NCBI RefSeq assembly: GCF_001194135.2
Contig: NC_068982.1
Coordinates: forward strand, 158,549,160-158,604,589
Length of the DNA: 55,430 nt
Direction of reading: 5' to 3'
Source of the DNA: Octopus bimaculoides
Taxonomy: Eukaryota
Below, one piece after another: positions 25,245 through 39,954 of the stretch. The notes under the pieces were generated by a model, which saw only the letters and a list, made by a program, of their open reading frames with translations, was not told the DNA's origin and ran no database searches. The translations under genes were made by a program, and so were the position numbers. The first letter of the stretch is position 1. The number at the start of each line of letters is the position of its first letter.

Positions 25245-25900
25245 AAATGTTGGAGGCCGAGTGGATTTGCTAGACGGAAACTGAAAGAAGCCTGGGGCTG
25301 TAGCAAACGATATCTAAGGTGTCACGCAGTAAAACTAAACCCGGAAACATGGGTTGGTAAGGAAGCTTCTTACCTCACAATTACGCCTGCGCCTATATAT
25401 CGAAAACCCCCAGGAAAATGCTTTGTCGAACGATCATATGATGTAGCGAGAATTATAGAGGATCGCTGTTTTCTTGAACCGTACGCAGAGGTGTGAACAC
25501 AACGTTTGCGAGATTTACAGACCACTACGCCTTACGCCAGCCAATCGAACGGTGAGTAAATTACTTGACGAGACAGCGGAGTTAGAGAAAATGAAAAAGC
25601 GAGGTAGAGGAAAGGAAAGAGAGTGAAACGAAGAGTGAAGACTTTGCAGAAATGAAAATACGTGTATTTATGTAGCTATCTATCTATATATTTATTTGTT
25701 TATCTGTGTTTTTCCCAACCAACGCTCGACAAACGGTGTTCAGTTGCTTATGTCTGCGTTATATTAGTGGTTCGGCAAAAAAAAAAAACTAATACAATAA
25801 GTACAAAAAGGAAAATAAGTAACCTGGTCGATTTGTTAGATTAAACCCTTCAGGGCAGTGCCCAGCATGGCCGCAGTCCAATGAATGAAACAAGTAAAAG
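25245..25900. mobile_element. Rearranged SINE family B fragments
   Basis: Contains gtggatttgctagacggaaactgaaagaagcc (25260-25292), an inverted head piece near 25320-25395, and the tail cccagcatggccgcagtccaatgaatgaaacaagtaaaag (25861-25900). Confidence 0.6.
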
Positions 25901-27824
25901 ATAAAGGGTACATATCAAGCGTATTTTACACACTTACTTTTACGCTATTACGAATAATAACGGGTATTTCTTTACTTCTCATTTTCCTTCCGAGCAGTTT
26001 ATTGTCCAGCATCATATCCGTACGTGAGTATGTATGTGTGTTTGTGTGTGTGTGACAAGTGTCTTTTGTGTGAGTGTGTGTGAAATGCATACGTTATGTT
26101 GCTAAATATATATGTGAATAATATCTCTTCTACAATGTCACTGAATCTGTTACAGATAGCGGTTCAATCCTATTCAAATCATACATTCCAGTGTTAGTAA
26201 AGAGAAGATTACATGTGACAGATAACAATAAAAAGTTCATGGCCATTGCTGCAGGAATTTCATTGATCAGTTTTGACATGACACTAAACAATAACACGCA
26301 GGAATACAGTACATGAAGGTGTATAACGTGCAGAACAAGTTACCACTGATATGAATAATGTATGAATTCCTTTTCAAAAATCTTATTTATTAATAATAAT
26401 TAATGACTATGTGACATATGTTATTTATCCGATCTGTCTGAAAGAGAAATTTATGTGTATGTATCCTGGAAATAACATTGTTACGTTATTATTGGAAAGC
26501 ATTAAAAGAATTAAAGCGACATTAGACGAAATTGATACTGTTGCTATTTACTGCCATTTCAGTTCCGATCGACTAGACATCAGATCAATGTTGTTCCAGC
26601 CGTATCTGCTTTCTATATTGCACCCTGATTATAATTCTCTAATGTGGTCATGGTTTCTGCTTGTTTGAGATGGATGCAAATTATGCTTCTATAAGGAAGA
26701 CATAGATTCCTCATTTGTATATAAAAAAGTTAAAGTATGAAGAACGAGTGAAACAAAACGCAAAACATATGTGCATTGTTCATTTTATGGCATACTGCCA
26801 TGTGGCGGCCTAATGCTGCAAATACCAGTGGATTAAAATGTATCTTAAGATGACAATGGAAAATGCATAAATGCGTAGAATTATACTGTTTATATTATAA
26901 TTTCTTGCTGCTTCTCTCACTGCTAGGCTTTTTACTGAAATATTGGATCCGAAACAAAATGAAATTTCCTTCGGGATCAGTTGTGTTAGGCTAAGTGAAT
27001 TACATACACACACTCACTCACACACGCGCGCGCGAGTATATGACATTTATTATTCTGTGAAGCTACATAAAACAAAATTCACATAAAAATGAATGATTGC
27101 TCAATAATTTATTGGAGTAGATAGTCATTAATGATCACAGAGAAAACATTGGAAGCGACCTCGAAGAGTCTGCTTGCCATTCGGCGCCATCATCAGACAG
27201 AGGAGGGCTGAAACCTCTAACGCAAAGCGCCTGTTATTGTTATATGTATGTACATATATATATATATATANNNNNNNNNNNNNNNNNNNNNNNNNNNNNN
27301 NNNNNNNNNNNNNNNNNNNNNNNNNNNNNNNNNNNNNNNNNNNNNNNNNNNNNNNNNNNNNNNNNNNNNNNNNNNNNNNNNNNNNNNNNNNNNNNNNNNN
27401 NNNNNNNNNNNNNNNNNNNNNNNNNNNNNNNNNNNNNNNNNNNNNNNNNNNNNNNNNNNNNNNNNNNNNNNNNNNNNNNNNNNNNNNNNNNNNNNNNNNN
27501 NNNNNNNNNNNNNNNNNNNNNNNNNNNNNNNNNNNNNNNNNNNNNNNNNNNNNNNNNNNNNNNNNNNNNNNNNNNNNNNNNNNNNNNNNNNNNNNNNNNN
27601 NNNNNNNNNNNNNNNNNNNNNNNNNNNNNNNNNNNNNNNNNNNNNNNNNNNNNNNNNNNNNNNNNNNNNNNNNNNNNNNNNNNNNNNNNNNNNNNNNNNN
27701 NNNNNNNNNNNNNNNNNNNNNNNNNNNNNNNNNNNNNNNNNNNNNNNNNNNNNNNNNNNNNNNNNNNNNNNNNNNNNNNNNNNNNNNNNNNNNNNNNNNN
27801 NNNNNNNNNNNNNNNNNNNNNNNN

Positions 27825-27918
27825 TTCTTCTTCTTCTTCTTCTTCTTCTTCTTCTTCTTCTTCTTCTTCTTCTTCTTCTTCTTCTTCTTCTTCTTCTTCT
27901 TCTTCTTCTTCTTCTTCT
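27825..27918. repeat. (CTT)n microsatellite abutting a 554-nt gap
   Basis: Direct reading. Confidence 0.95.
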
Positions 27919-29081
27919 CTGCCAGAATTTCATAACGACCTCGAACCAACAAGAGTAAACAAGAGAGACAGAGATATGCAGAAACAAGGAAAATGCTCCT
28001 TGTATTTGAATACCATGGAAATATTCTTTTAAAATAATTTTCTATATTTATATGCACATATATACTCAGAGAAACGCACACATTGAACTCATTGTTTGGG
28101 AGTATCTGGCTGATATTTAATTTCCATTTTATGCTTAGAATTCAAGGTGTATATTTATTTACCTTTAGATGCAGTTTAATTGAAATCCAAACGATTTCTT
28201 GCTGCTACATAGTACTTCGAAAGATTATTTATATATAAAACGTACAGATTTGGAAATATCATATTGCATTCAGTCGCGATTTTGCAAGAATGATATTATT
28301 TTATTTGGAAATAGATTCTATTATAACTGGATATTGAATCTTCAGAGATATTGAAAATATTCCGTTAAAAATACGTAGATGTATGTCAAGGCATATTCAT
28401 TTTAAGTTAAAGGGGGAAAAATATGGTAGAAAAAAATATTTAGTTGTTGTGAAGTATCGGGAAATAATAGGGGAAATAACATTCTTGCAGAAGCCATAAG
28501 TTTGGAAACAAACTTAAATCAGTTTTGGAACATAAGGTGAGTTAATAATAAACGTAATATTAGTAATGTGATACGGATACCAACAAAAATAATAATTTAG
28601 CAGGTAGTGCACTAGGTGGCACGCAGTAGAACTGAACCCGGAACCATGTGGTTAGGAAGCAAGCTTCTTACCACTCAATTAAGGAAGCGACTATACATAC
28701 ATATATATATATATATATATNNNNNNNNNNNNNNNNNNNNNNNNNNNNNNNNNNNNNNNNNNNNNNNNNNNNNNNNNNNNNNNNNNNNNNNNNNNNNNNN
28801 NNNNNNNNNNNNNNNNNNNNNNNNNNNNNNNNNNNNNNNNNNNNNNNNNNNNNNNNNNNNNNNNNNNNNNNNNNNNNNNNNNNNNNNNNNNNNNNNNNNN
28901 NNNNNNNNNNNNNNNNNNNNNNNNNNNNNNNNNNNNNNNNNNNNNNNNNNNNNNNNNNNNNNNNNNNNNNNNNNNNNNNNNNNNNNNNNNNNNNNNNNNN
29001 NNNNNNNNNNNNNNNNNNNNNNNNNNNNNNNNNNNNNNNNNNNNNNNNNNNNNNNNNNNNNNNNNNNNNNNNNNNNNNATA

Positions 29082-29119
<38 letters not shown>

Positions 29120-32100
29120 CAGACACATATATACACACTCATAAATACACATAGTTGCGCAAACAAGTGATATATATATGTGTGTGTGTGTGTGTATGTG
29201 TGTCTATATGCGTGTATTTGAATATATATATATGTTCATGTAAAATATATACCTACGTAATGTGTAATCTATGGATGTATTTATGTGTTATAGATATGTA
29301 TAAATGTATGCATGTATGAGTATATGTAAACCTGTATATGCATATTTATGCGTGTGTGTTTATGTATATCTATGTGTCCGTTGCTTTGTGTACTTAAGTG
29401 TATGTATCTCCTTAAATTGTGACTCATACTTGGCTATGTAGCATTATCAACATCTAACGTTCGTTAACAATAAATTTAGAACACGGCATACAATAAAAAA
29501 TAAAACAAATTCATAAAATCAATTCACAGAAAATGAAATCTATCTTTACAGAAACAAAAATAATGAATTGCACTAAAAAAAAAAAATTAGATGCGATTTA
29601 TTTTGCTGGGAATCAGAAGCACAAAACATCAAACCACAAATATGGAAACACCATTACTTTCTTGTAATTGCGTTGATGCGAATTTGAAACAAAATCTACA
29701 TAAAAATTGTTAAGAGTATTTATTTAGTATCAACGTTAATACAACTGGCAATTATTATGATGAATTTGTGGAGTTAGATTGGTCTTTGGAATGGTGTCAT
29801 GCAGATGATTTTGATTTTAATGCATTAATCAATGACAGGTCATAGTTCAAATGTATATATACAAATATCTGTATATACCCATGTATATAAACTTATACGT
29901 ATGAGTATACATTTATGTGTGCGTATCTAATATGCATGTGTGTGCGTATTTTTGTGTGTAATATATATATATATATATTCACAAATATATACAGTTATAA
30001 ATTTACGCACGTTTGCATATAGACTGGGTAGACAATAGAATAGTCAGACAAGCTGTCAGATTGATAAACAGGTAGACTCTCTGAGCAAGTGAAGGCGATG
30101 TCAATGGTGTGAGATTCGAAATGGAAATGGGAGAAATTGTTTAGGATGAACATGAATAATGTAAATGAAGCCAGAAATATATTCCAGTTCCTAGGCATTT
30201 CAGATCCGAATCGACGACAATGGTTTGCATTTGGGAACGACTTCAGTTTATAAAAGATTAAGCTAATATTTTTTACAGCCTTGATATTCCTTCGCTGGCA
30301 CCAAACAAGGAACACATTTGGGAATGCATTCCTGCTTTGGTAATTGCATATTAATGAAACTTGTCTAATAAAATATGCCAGGTCGAATTTCAATGGCAGG
30401 CACTCTGACGGGCTTTTCGTTTTCCTCACAGATGTTATCAGTCAACCGTTTTAAAACCACTTTTTTAGTATATCACTCAATTTACTCTTTTTTTAACAAT
30501 TGTTCATCCCGTATCTGAGGTTTAAGAATATCTTCCTACTTTACTTACTCTTATCTCAGCGCAATTTTTTCTTTACAATAATATGTGAATCGTATAAATA
30601 ATTCACATTGCTTACTTTTAGCAAATAAATGATTGTATTGTTAACGTGCGAGCGTATGCGTAGAACGAGCTAAGGCTGTTATTTATATAAAAGTAATGTT
30701 AATGGTCTCTGCTGTATCTCTAGGTGTAAGTTGGTTCAGTGATGGCTGAATTGAGAATAGACTTTAACACCCTAAATTGTTATACTTAATGCGTTGATTC
30801 CTTTGAAAAGATACTTCCTGTACCGTTCCCCTTGTTACCGCTTTGGAGATTCAGCTCTGTTGTAAGTATATGGGTTGAATCTCCATTTTGTGGATAACTA
30901 CTTCCCTTACTCCTTATTTTTACAGTTAGTCTAAAATGTATCCTGTATCTTCGCGTGTCTCATCTAACGAAGCCATTAAATATTCAGAAAGAAATAAGAT
31001 GACATTGAAAAATCTTCTCACTCACTTCTCACATTAGTTGTGCATGATTTAGATAAATAAATTGTAGGTAGGATATGTCCTAGATATCTTGAGTCATTTA
31101 TTCATGTTATATCAAGTGAAGATCATGAGTCAACGAGTTACACTGAACACTGAACACTTTTGTAACATATGCAATTTGTGATAGGCAGAGAGAATAATTA
31201 TAGTGTCGGACAAATTCTTTATGAATTACTTCTAGATCTTTCAAATTTGAGATCAAATCACTATGGTGTTAATCAGTTTCATTTTTCCTCCATACAGATA
31301 TATAAAATAGCTAGTTTTTCATCTTTAGATATATTTAAAATAGCTAGTTATTCACCTTTTTTTCTTGCTCCCGTTAACTTTTAACGAGTAAAGAATACAA
31401 TTCACAGAATCCATTTCCTTCCAATCCAGTACTCTTTTTCACCTTTGAAAAAAAATTGCCGTCGAGCTTCATTCAGGTTAAGGTAACAATTTACACAAAC
31501 ACATTTATTTGCGTTTCAATTTACTCGCTTTGAAACGTTTTAAAAGTGCGATTTCTCAGTTATCTATTAAGACGTGTTAGGATATGACAGTAAAAAGTAA
31601 TGAGTGTGTGATGTCACATGTAGATAACGTTCCAGCTTTTTTGTTTACTTACAACATTGTGAATACACATGTAAAAGAATAGGTAATGCCTAAAATATTG
31701 TTCACACGTTCAACCTAGATCTAACCTAAGCAAGTGAAATATGTTACACCTACAGCAAACAGTATCGCTTTAACTCCATAGCAGTTTTCTTGTTTCTAAT
31801 CTTCATTTGAAGAATAAGCGTAAATGACTGAATTGAAAGAAACCAGAACTTCCCATCAAAGTGTAGATTATCTTCCATATCTCTTAAAATTTTAGAATAA
31901 CAAAGAAATGAAACGAATATCTATATATTTGATATACAAAAATATGATAAGTAATATATAAATACATAAACAATTAAGTTTAACTCCACGACAGCACAAG
32001 TATGCAAACTAAACCATTCTGCTTGGTTATGTTGTTAATTTCACTAAATATATTGTAGCATGGTTTGATAATGCTTTCAGTTGATAATGCAGTCAGTAAT

Positions 32101-32876
32101 ATGTAGTTAAGTACAGCAATTTAAGCTAGTGATAAGTAATTGAATTAAAATATTTTTTACTGGAAAGATGAAAGACAAAGTAGGTGAAGGCGACATTTTC
32201 AAACAGAATATAAAAGGAAGCACTCAGATGAAACGTTTTTTGTGTGTTTGGACGTCTTTTGAAATTATTCGACTACTACCCAACAATTATACACATACAC
32301 GCTCACACACGTAAATATGTGTGTATATATGATTTAATCGTAAATTATATGAACATTCTCCATATCTATGTACATCCATGTTTGTGTAAATGACGATATA
32401 AATGCTTCTATCATTGCATGAGTTAAAATATATTTCATCTTGTAATAATCGATGTGTATCAGAAATTACATAGTGTTAAGTTTCAAGTTGTTTACATTGA
32501 TCCGTCTCCACACATTGATATATGATTTACTTTGCTGTTTACAAAGCAAGTAATCCGCTGCAAAACATTTTTTTTTTTGAGAATTGAATTAAACAGTTAT
32601 TTAAAAAGAAAATATATCCTGCATTATATTGAGTTTCTTACGTATATATGTATTTATGTATGCTTGCGTGTCTGTGTACGTACGTAAATATGTTTGTGCG
32701 TGCGTGTGTGTGTATATATATGTGTGTGTCTATATGCATTTATGTATGTATGAGAATATACACAAATATACATTTTATACATATATATGCATGTATATGC
32801 ATAGATACATATATGTATACAATGTATACATATATATATACTCATACATACACAAATACATACATACACGCATACG

Positions 32877-32922
<46 letters not shown>

Positions 32923-34149
32923 NNNNNNNNNNNNNNNNNNNNNNNNNNNNNNNNNNNNNNNNNNNNNNNNNNNNNNNNNNNNNNNNNNNNNNNNNNNNNN
33001 NNNNNNNNNNNNNNNNNNNNNNNNNNNNNNNNNNNNNNNNNNNNNNNNNNNNNNNNNNNNNNNNNNNNNNNNNNNNNNNNNNNNNNNNNNNNNNNNNNNN
33101 NNNNNNNNNNNNNNNNNNNNNNNNNNNNNNNNNNNNNNNNNNNNNNNNNNNNNNNNNNNNNNNNNNNNNNNNNNNNNNNNNNNNNNNNNNNNNNNNNNNN
33201 NNNNNNNNNNNNNNNNNNNNNNNNNNNNNNNNNNNNNNNNNNNNNNNNNNNNNNNNNNNNNNNNNNNNNNNNNNNNNNNNNNNNNNNNNNNNNNNNNNNN
33301 NNNNNNNNNNNNNNNNNNNNNNNNNNNNNNNNNNNNNNNNNNNNNNNNNNNNNNNNNNNNNNNNNNNNNNNNNNNNNNNNNNNNNNNNNNNNNNTATATA
33401 TATATATATATATATATTTATTTATTTATTTTTGTAGTTCTAAATTGTAAATTTATAAAACAAGATAAACGCTAATAGAAATACTTTTTAATCAACAGAG
33501 TCTGTGATGTAGACAAAATATTTTGTCCTGCGGTTTGGTCCCCCACTCCAGAGTGGCCAGCTTTGTACAAAGGTATGAGCATGCAACATATATCTGACCC
33601 CAAGAAAAACATGGACACGTCGCTTCGCTTTCTTAAACCTAAGACGCTGTCCATAATATTTGAAACTGAAGGCTCTTGCAATGAAATGGCATACATGATA
33701 ATTTGAGCGTGGAAAGGAAACTTTTCTTCCACCAATAATTATGATAGTGGATTCGATCACCTAGGGATACATTCTTACACATATTGTTTTACTGTTACAG
33801 TGTTTTCGTTCTTCCAAATATCAGAGAGAAAAAGTGTGTGCCTCCACAGTGTTACGGATTATGGAGAAGAACATTAGTAGTTTGGCGAGAATTACAAAAT
33901 TAAATGTTGGATGACACGCAATATCATTAACATACACTATATGGTGAACCGACGACTGCCATCTGGATAAGGGTTAGCATATTTGAAGGTGGGCGGCATC
34001 CTGCAGAATTGCACTTTGGAGAGCTTTGATGATATGCTCAGAAAACTTGATACTTGTAATATTATTTTTTTGTCTTTGTGTTGTAGACATACACTTCCTG
34101 TCGATGGAGTTCATATATAGTTACCTATAGCATCTATCGATTGAGAGTT

Positions 34150-34450
34150 GTAACTGCTGCTCATATTAGTGATAACAGGCTACACTGTAGAACATACATG
34201 ATGGACATAAGCTGTGCAATATTCTTGACAAAAAAAACAGAGCGTATACATGGTAGAGGTAGATTCTATCTGAGAAACAGGTGGTCGTTGTTAAGCTTGA
34301 TAAAGTAAATCTTATATTTTGGTTTCTTATGGATAATGATAAATGTACCGACAAAATAGCAGACAAAATAGTCATAGCAAAATCCTCAGTTGCTTGGGGA
34401 AGGCTAATCTCGATTTGGATACAAGTTACTATTCCAGTCAGCATTACTTA
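34150..34450 (+). mobile_element. Degenerate LINE (RTE-like) post-RT fragment
   Basis: Reads DKCTDKIADKIVIAKSSVAWGRLISIW, resembling the EI..RI.KA..AFG.L..IW motif. Confidence 0.45.
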
Positions 34451-34691
34451 GCATAAATGTCTTCGGCGGACATTTCGTGTTATCTTGCACAGACGTATGC
34501 AGCAACTGTTTTTAAGTCATAGAATAATGTTCATTTATATTCTGCAGTACCTCTCTGATATATATGTTATTAATATAATTCATATGAAATTTGTATCTGC
34601 CAAAGCTTAGTGCGTGCTATCAAATATTATAGAAGAGAAAAAATATTTACTTTTTAATTTGTTTAATATTTAAATTTGCACATCTTAATAT

Positions 34692-34757
<66 letters not shown>

Positions 34758-34944
34758 TTCAAATCACTTGTAATAAAAAGATAGCTCTATTTATATGGGA
34801 TGAAACGTGCATAATTTAGAAACATATTGAAGCAAATAAGATTATATTCATATCTCTAAAATGAAATATGTATTTTTAAATAGCTATCTATATGTGTATA
34901 TGTGTTTGCGTGTTTATGTGCGTGTGTATGTGTGTATTATTATA

Positions 34945-35100
34945 TTTTTTATTTGTTTCAGCCATTGAATTGTGGCCATGCTAGTAAGAGCCTTGAATAC
35001 ATTACTCGAGCGAATCTATCGCAGCACTTAATTCTAAAGTCTGGTACATATTATATCCGTCTCTTTATGAACTGCTAAATTAGGAGGATTTTAAGAAAGT
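34945..35100 (-). mobile_element. SINE family B 3' fragment
   Basis: ttgtttcagccattgaattgtggccatgctag... is the reverse complement of the family tail. Confidence 0.6.
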
Positions 35101-36819
35101 AGCTTGCCACTTAAAGTGAAGGGCAAACAGACACAAAGAGAAACTCATTTAGATATAGATAGATACACAGAGACGCGCGCACGCGAGTATGTGACGTGCT
35201 GATTCGAGTTTCCCCTACCGAATTCACTCATAAACATAATAGAAGACACATTCCCGAGTTGTCATACATTAGGGCAAAGTCCCAGTCCATGTGGTTGTGA
35301 GTACGTCTTATTTCACACACACACACATGCATGTGCGCACGCGCGCACACACATACATGTGTGCACGCGCGCACACACATACACACACGTGAGCGAACGT
35401 GTGAGGCATCATCGTAATCTGAAGGAACACACTGGCATATACATACCAAGTTATAACCTATATCTGTCAAAGAACTATGTGAGAAGACCAAGATGGCACA
35501 CCAGTATGTTGTTATATTGCCCTGACGCTTTAACTTGACCACTACTCATTTCACAGTATATAATAGCTGTAACCTTAATTTATGTATCATCTCTTCTTTA
35601 AACGAGCAATAAGTATCACTTATGTCCCTACTATATTAGAGATGTTAAATTAAATAAGAATTACCAAATTAATTTTGTCTCTTGTATTACGTGTTCGAGG
35701 TCGGAGATTTTTCCGAAGATGTATCTAACAAACGAAAGCAACATCAATTAAATATCACAATAGTTCTACAAAACTTCTGTGGCTGCATGGCAACTATAAT
35801 GCAAACATTACTGTAACATGCTGGGCTTCATTTTCCAGAAAAAAATAAAATCGCTGAAGGGGAGTCAGTGACAGTTTCATGTTTTAATGTGCAGTATAGA
35901 GCAGTAGGTTTTGATTTGTTATTTATAATTTTGGATATGGAAAGCAATTTTACATGAAAAAACTTGATTCATATCATAGAGAGATACTTAATATTCATGT
36001 ATACTACAGTTATAATTAAAATGCTTTTTCGGAATTTCTAGAGTGTAACCGATAAGTAAAATGCAGTTCCAGGTAAGTCGCACTAATTTTCTGAAGATCA
36101 ACAAAACCCCTATCACAAAAATGAAAATCGATTTGAAGAGTGGGATAATCCAGAGTTAAAGAGTTGAACAATCCAGCGAGCCATCTCCCACGTGATCACC
36201 GGAAGTATTAAACTTAGAAGATATCAGATTTCTTCATACCGTCATACAAAAGGGCACGGAAATAAAGAGGATACGGCATGGGCTTTTCAGCAAATAGGGA
36301 AAAAGTGATGATACTCCCTGCTCAATGCTTTTTATCAGAAGTCAGCTCGATCAAGAAGGACAAAGACACCTACTATCACTACTAACAAGAAAACAGCTGA
36401 GAAAGAACTATTAAAATTTGCAAATAACTTAAGAAGCTATCTAACAAATGAGAGAATAAATTACAATGCAATAAATTACGATGCTTGCTTTAAAGCCTTA
36501 AATAATCCCGCAAGATATAATTTATAAGAAACACCAATATGTTATTCACTGCGGCTGGTATCTACATTATTGCCACAACTGAAATCATATTATCCATTCA
36601 GGGAGCTGCTGCAGAATTATTAAAAGTGCCACAAATAAGTATCTAATTGCCTTCAATTCACATGCCAGGACATTTCAATAGTAAATGGTATATTGCAATT
36701 GGTGAATCTATTTCAGGATCATGGGAAGGTAGTATATTTTATTTCTACATGCAGATTTGTAAACTATATCACGTACACACACGCACGCACACACACATAC
36801 ACACACACATCGATTTCAA

Positions 36820-37136
36820 ATGTTTGTGTACAAGGCCAGCCATTTAAGGGCAGAGGTAAGTTGATTGATCAGCACCACCGTTCGATAACCGGTGTTGGTG
36901 TGTTTATCTCTATATAACTTAGCGGTTCGAAAAAATTAAATATCACAAGAGGGCATAAGTATTTTAGAAATGATTTGGTGGGACATGACCAAGAATCGAT
37001 TCGGAAACACTGGGATCCCCAGTGTTCAACTATTACATATTTTATCGAACCCGAAATGATGAAACGCAAAATGAACCTCGGTGGCATTTTAAGTCAGAAC
37101 GTAAAGTCAGACGAAATGCCGCTGGGCATTTTGTCA
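36820..37136 (-). mobile_element. Composite SINE A/B fragments followed by (TG)n
   Basis: Contains gatgaaacgcaaaatgaacctcggtggcattttaagtcagaacgtaaagtcagacgaaatgccgc (family A, inverted) and ggtgttggtgtgtttatctctataacttagcggttcg (family B). Confidence 0.65.
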
Positions 37137-37144
37137 TATAGATA

Positions 37145-37236
<92 letters not shown>

Positions 37237-37584
37237 GACACGCCAAACAAATTTTATAAGACGTTCATTATAAACTATTTTAAGGAAAACAAATTGATAT
37301 TTTTATGTATGCGTTAGTGTCATTTAGTCATCTTTAACACCATCATGTAAGCCTTAGATTGTATTTAGCCGCATTCAAATCTGCAAGTTTTCAGTTGGGC
37401 TTTGCTTTCAGCTTCTGTAGGAAATCTTTAACACAATTTAGCTCAAATAAGAAAAATCTGACATGGAGTTTGATAGATCAACTCGTAGTTTACCTTATTG
37501 TCGACTTGCCGAAAATTAGATCTTAGGTAGAATCGAGTATGCACATGGGTTCAGTCAAATATCTAATATATATGAGCGTTTATA

Positions 37585-37800
37585 CGATGGAGTGTTGAAA
37601 AGTTCCTGGCTTTGGGTAAAAGAAAATACCGGAGGATCAGTCAATTATGATTATTTTTAATATATTCTCCTCTCAGATTCACACACTTATTGCAGCGGCC
37701 CTCCAGTTTTTATAAGCCCTATAAATGAACCCGGAAGGTTGGCCTTCAGCCACGTATTTCGTAACATGTTTACAGCCAAGAATCTTTCAGTATCCTCTCG
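37585..37800. mobile_element. Mariner-derived MITE
   Basis: TIRs cgatggagtgttgaaaagttcctggct and the reverse complement of the right end cgagaggatactgaaagattcttggct, with TA on both sides. Confidence 0.75.
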
Positions 37801-37836
37801 TATATACGCGAGTGTATATAGATATACAAATATTTA

Positions 37837-37900
<64 letters not shown>

Positions 37901-38681
37901 AGCAAAACTATTTCTTAATATCTCCAATCCTGACTAATCGACACTTAATTGCATGTCGACAAACGTGTAGAAAATGCATTAGTCGGTAATCAACTCAATT
38001 GTTATATGCAGAATGCATATTTTAGCTTTATCATATGCGTAACACGAGGTATTTTCATATTTTCCGTATTATATGTATAGATCACACAGATCATGGAAAT
38101 TAACTGTTGCTAGCGCGGCTCTGCAAGTTTTGTACGCATGTGTGTCAGAGTGCGAGTGAAAGTGTCACCGCGTGAGTGTGTGTATATGTGTGTGTTCTTG
38201 TGTGCGTGTGTGAGAGTGTTTGTCCATGTGTGTATGTGTACGTGGGTGTTTCTCTTTGTGCCCGGCGCGTGTTATCTATTGTTGTTGTATGTAGAGGAGA
38301 ATATTTAAAAAGAGAATTCCTTGCTGTTTTGACATAAATTATAAAAATGTTTGGATTTGTCATCTGGCATTGCCAGCTGTTATGAAGCTTTCATTATATC
38401 AAGAAATACGCGAATCTGAGATACGATTCCTCTCTTATACTTTATTAATTTCCACCTAATGTCTATTCAACGTCACGTTTTCACAACATATTTTATACAA
38501 GTTTAGTGCATTTACTCGAATGATTTAAAAATTGTATTGAAAACCACTCTTTATAAAACATTTCACACAAGTTATCAGATGGTAAAGTACTTTTAAAATC
38601 TTTTTTATGCGTTTAAACAACATTTTGTGAATTGCTTTTTAAACGGAGAGCGACAGATATTTAGATATAGCTAACCACTTG

Positions 38682-38783
<102 letters not shown>

Positions 38784-39253
38784 TTTACATTATCGACTTA
38801 TAAATGTTGAAACATTAAGTGAGCTTTGGTACAATTCCAGCTAAAATTGTTCTCCGCTTTATAGTCTTTGGCTGACTTCCTATTAATCCAACACATTCCT
38901 CTCATTAATGTTAATTGTGGGCCATTTTGTATAGCAGGGAATAAAATTCTGTCTTGACCCATATACTTTTTATTTATTTTCATTACGAAAATAAACAAAG
39001 CTACAACTTGTATGTTGTCATCTATTGTTTTGTTTAACTATTTCCCCTCCCCTCTATTTCCCACCATATGTATATAGTGATTCGATATTTTCAACCTAAA
39101 TGTTATCGCAATTTGCCTGGCAAACTTAGAAAAGTACATTTCCGCAAGTTTGTTACAGTATATCCTGGTAACTAATACATGCATATACGCATTCATACGT
39201 ATATCCATGCACGCACACCCACATAAACTCACACATACATACACACACATATA

Positions 39254-39920
39254 CACGAGGTCTGATCAATAAGTATCCGGAGTGTTGCCATTGTAACGAT
39301 GCTACAGCACGCAGAAGCCACTGGGCACGGATTGAACGTGGACTCTGCTGTGCATGTGTACTAAATGTTAACACTCTAGCTCACTTCTGTTGTTTACAAC
39401 AGTGCTTCGAAAGAATGTCTGTAGCGTGTAATCGTTGCATTGACCATGGCAGAGATAGTTGCTATGGTGATACCTGCTCAGAGGCCAACACAAAATTTCA
39501 GAAAGCATGTGGAGGGGATTACAAGTGTACGAGTGGTCAAGATGTTTCTAACATGACCGAAAATATGTCGATATTGACGAGCGTTCTCGTAGACGCTCGG
39601 TTTTCAGCTACACAAGATCTCCTTGATTGTACTGAGAACGATAAAATGTTTTTGAAAACATTGCGTCGGCCTGTGAACAATTATCGCAAAGCTTTTAGCG
39701 AAATTTGCTCGACTTTTACTGTCATGGTCAATGCGACGATCACACGCTACACACGTTCCTTTCAAGCACTGCTTTAAATAGCGGAAGTGAATTACAGCGT
39801 CAATGCTTAGTGCGTATGCATCGCAAAGTTTAAGATCAGTCTCTGTAAAGCGACTTCACTCTGCGTGCTTTAGATACGTTACTATGGCTACAGTGCGGAT
39901 ACTTAGTGATCAGACCACGT

Positions 39921-39921
<1 letters not shown>
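39254..39921 (+). mobile_element. Non-autonomous mariner element (668 bp)
   Basis: TIRs cacgaggtctgatcaataagtatccg and cggatacttagtgatcagaccacgtg with TA TSD. Internal frameshifted HTH remnant QVYEWSRCF*HDRKYVDIDERSRR. Confidence 0.9.

Positions 39922-39954
<33 letters not shown>

Noticed and set aside
26411-26668. Plus ORF containing YLLSILHPDYNSL, reminiscent of the iGluR FYVSLYPDFSSL
   Set aside because: It is on the wrong strand for the receptor and the flanking motifs do not match.
30000-30430. GC-richer segment with a 144-aa minus ORF
   Set aside because: No recognisable protein. It may be a decayed LINE 3' region, but the motifs are too weak to call.
35839-35960. Plus frame KIAEGESVTVSC, Ig-domain-like, behind an acceptor
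   Set aside because: The frame closes after about 40 codons with no Ig core Trp or second Cys.
39415-39777. 120-aa Cys-containing ORF
   Set aside because: It lies within the mariner element and is mostly an out-of-frame reading of the transposase remnant.
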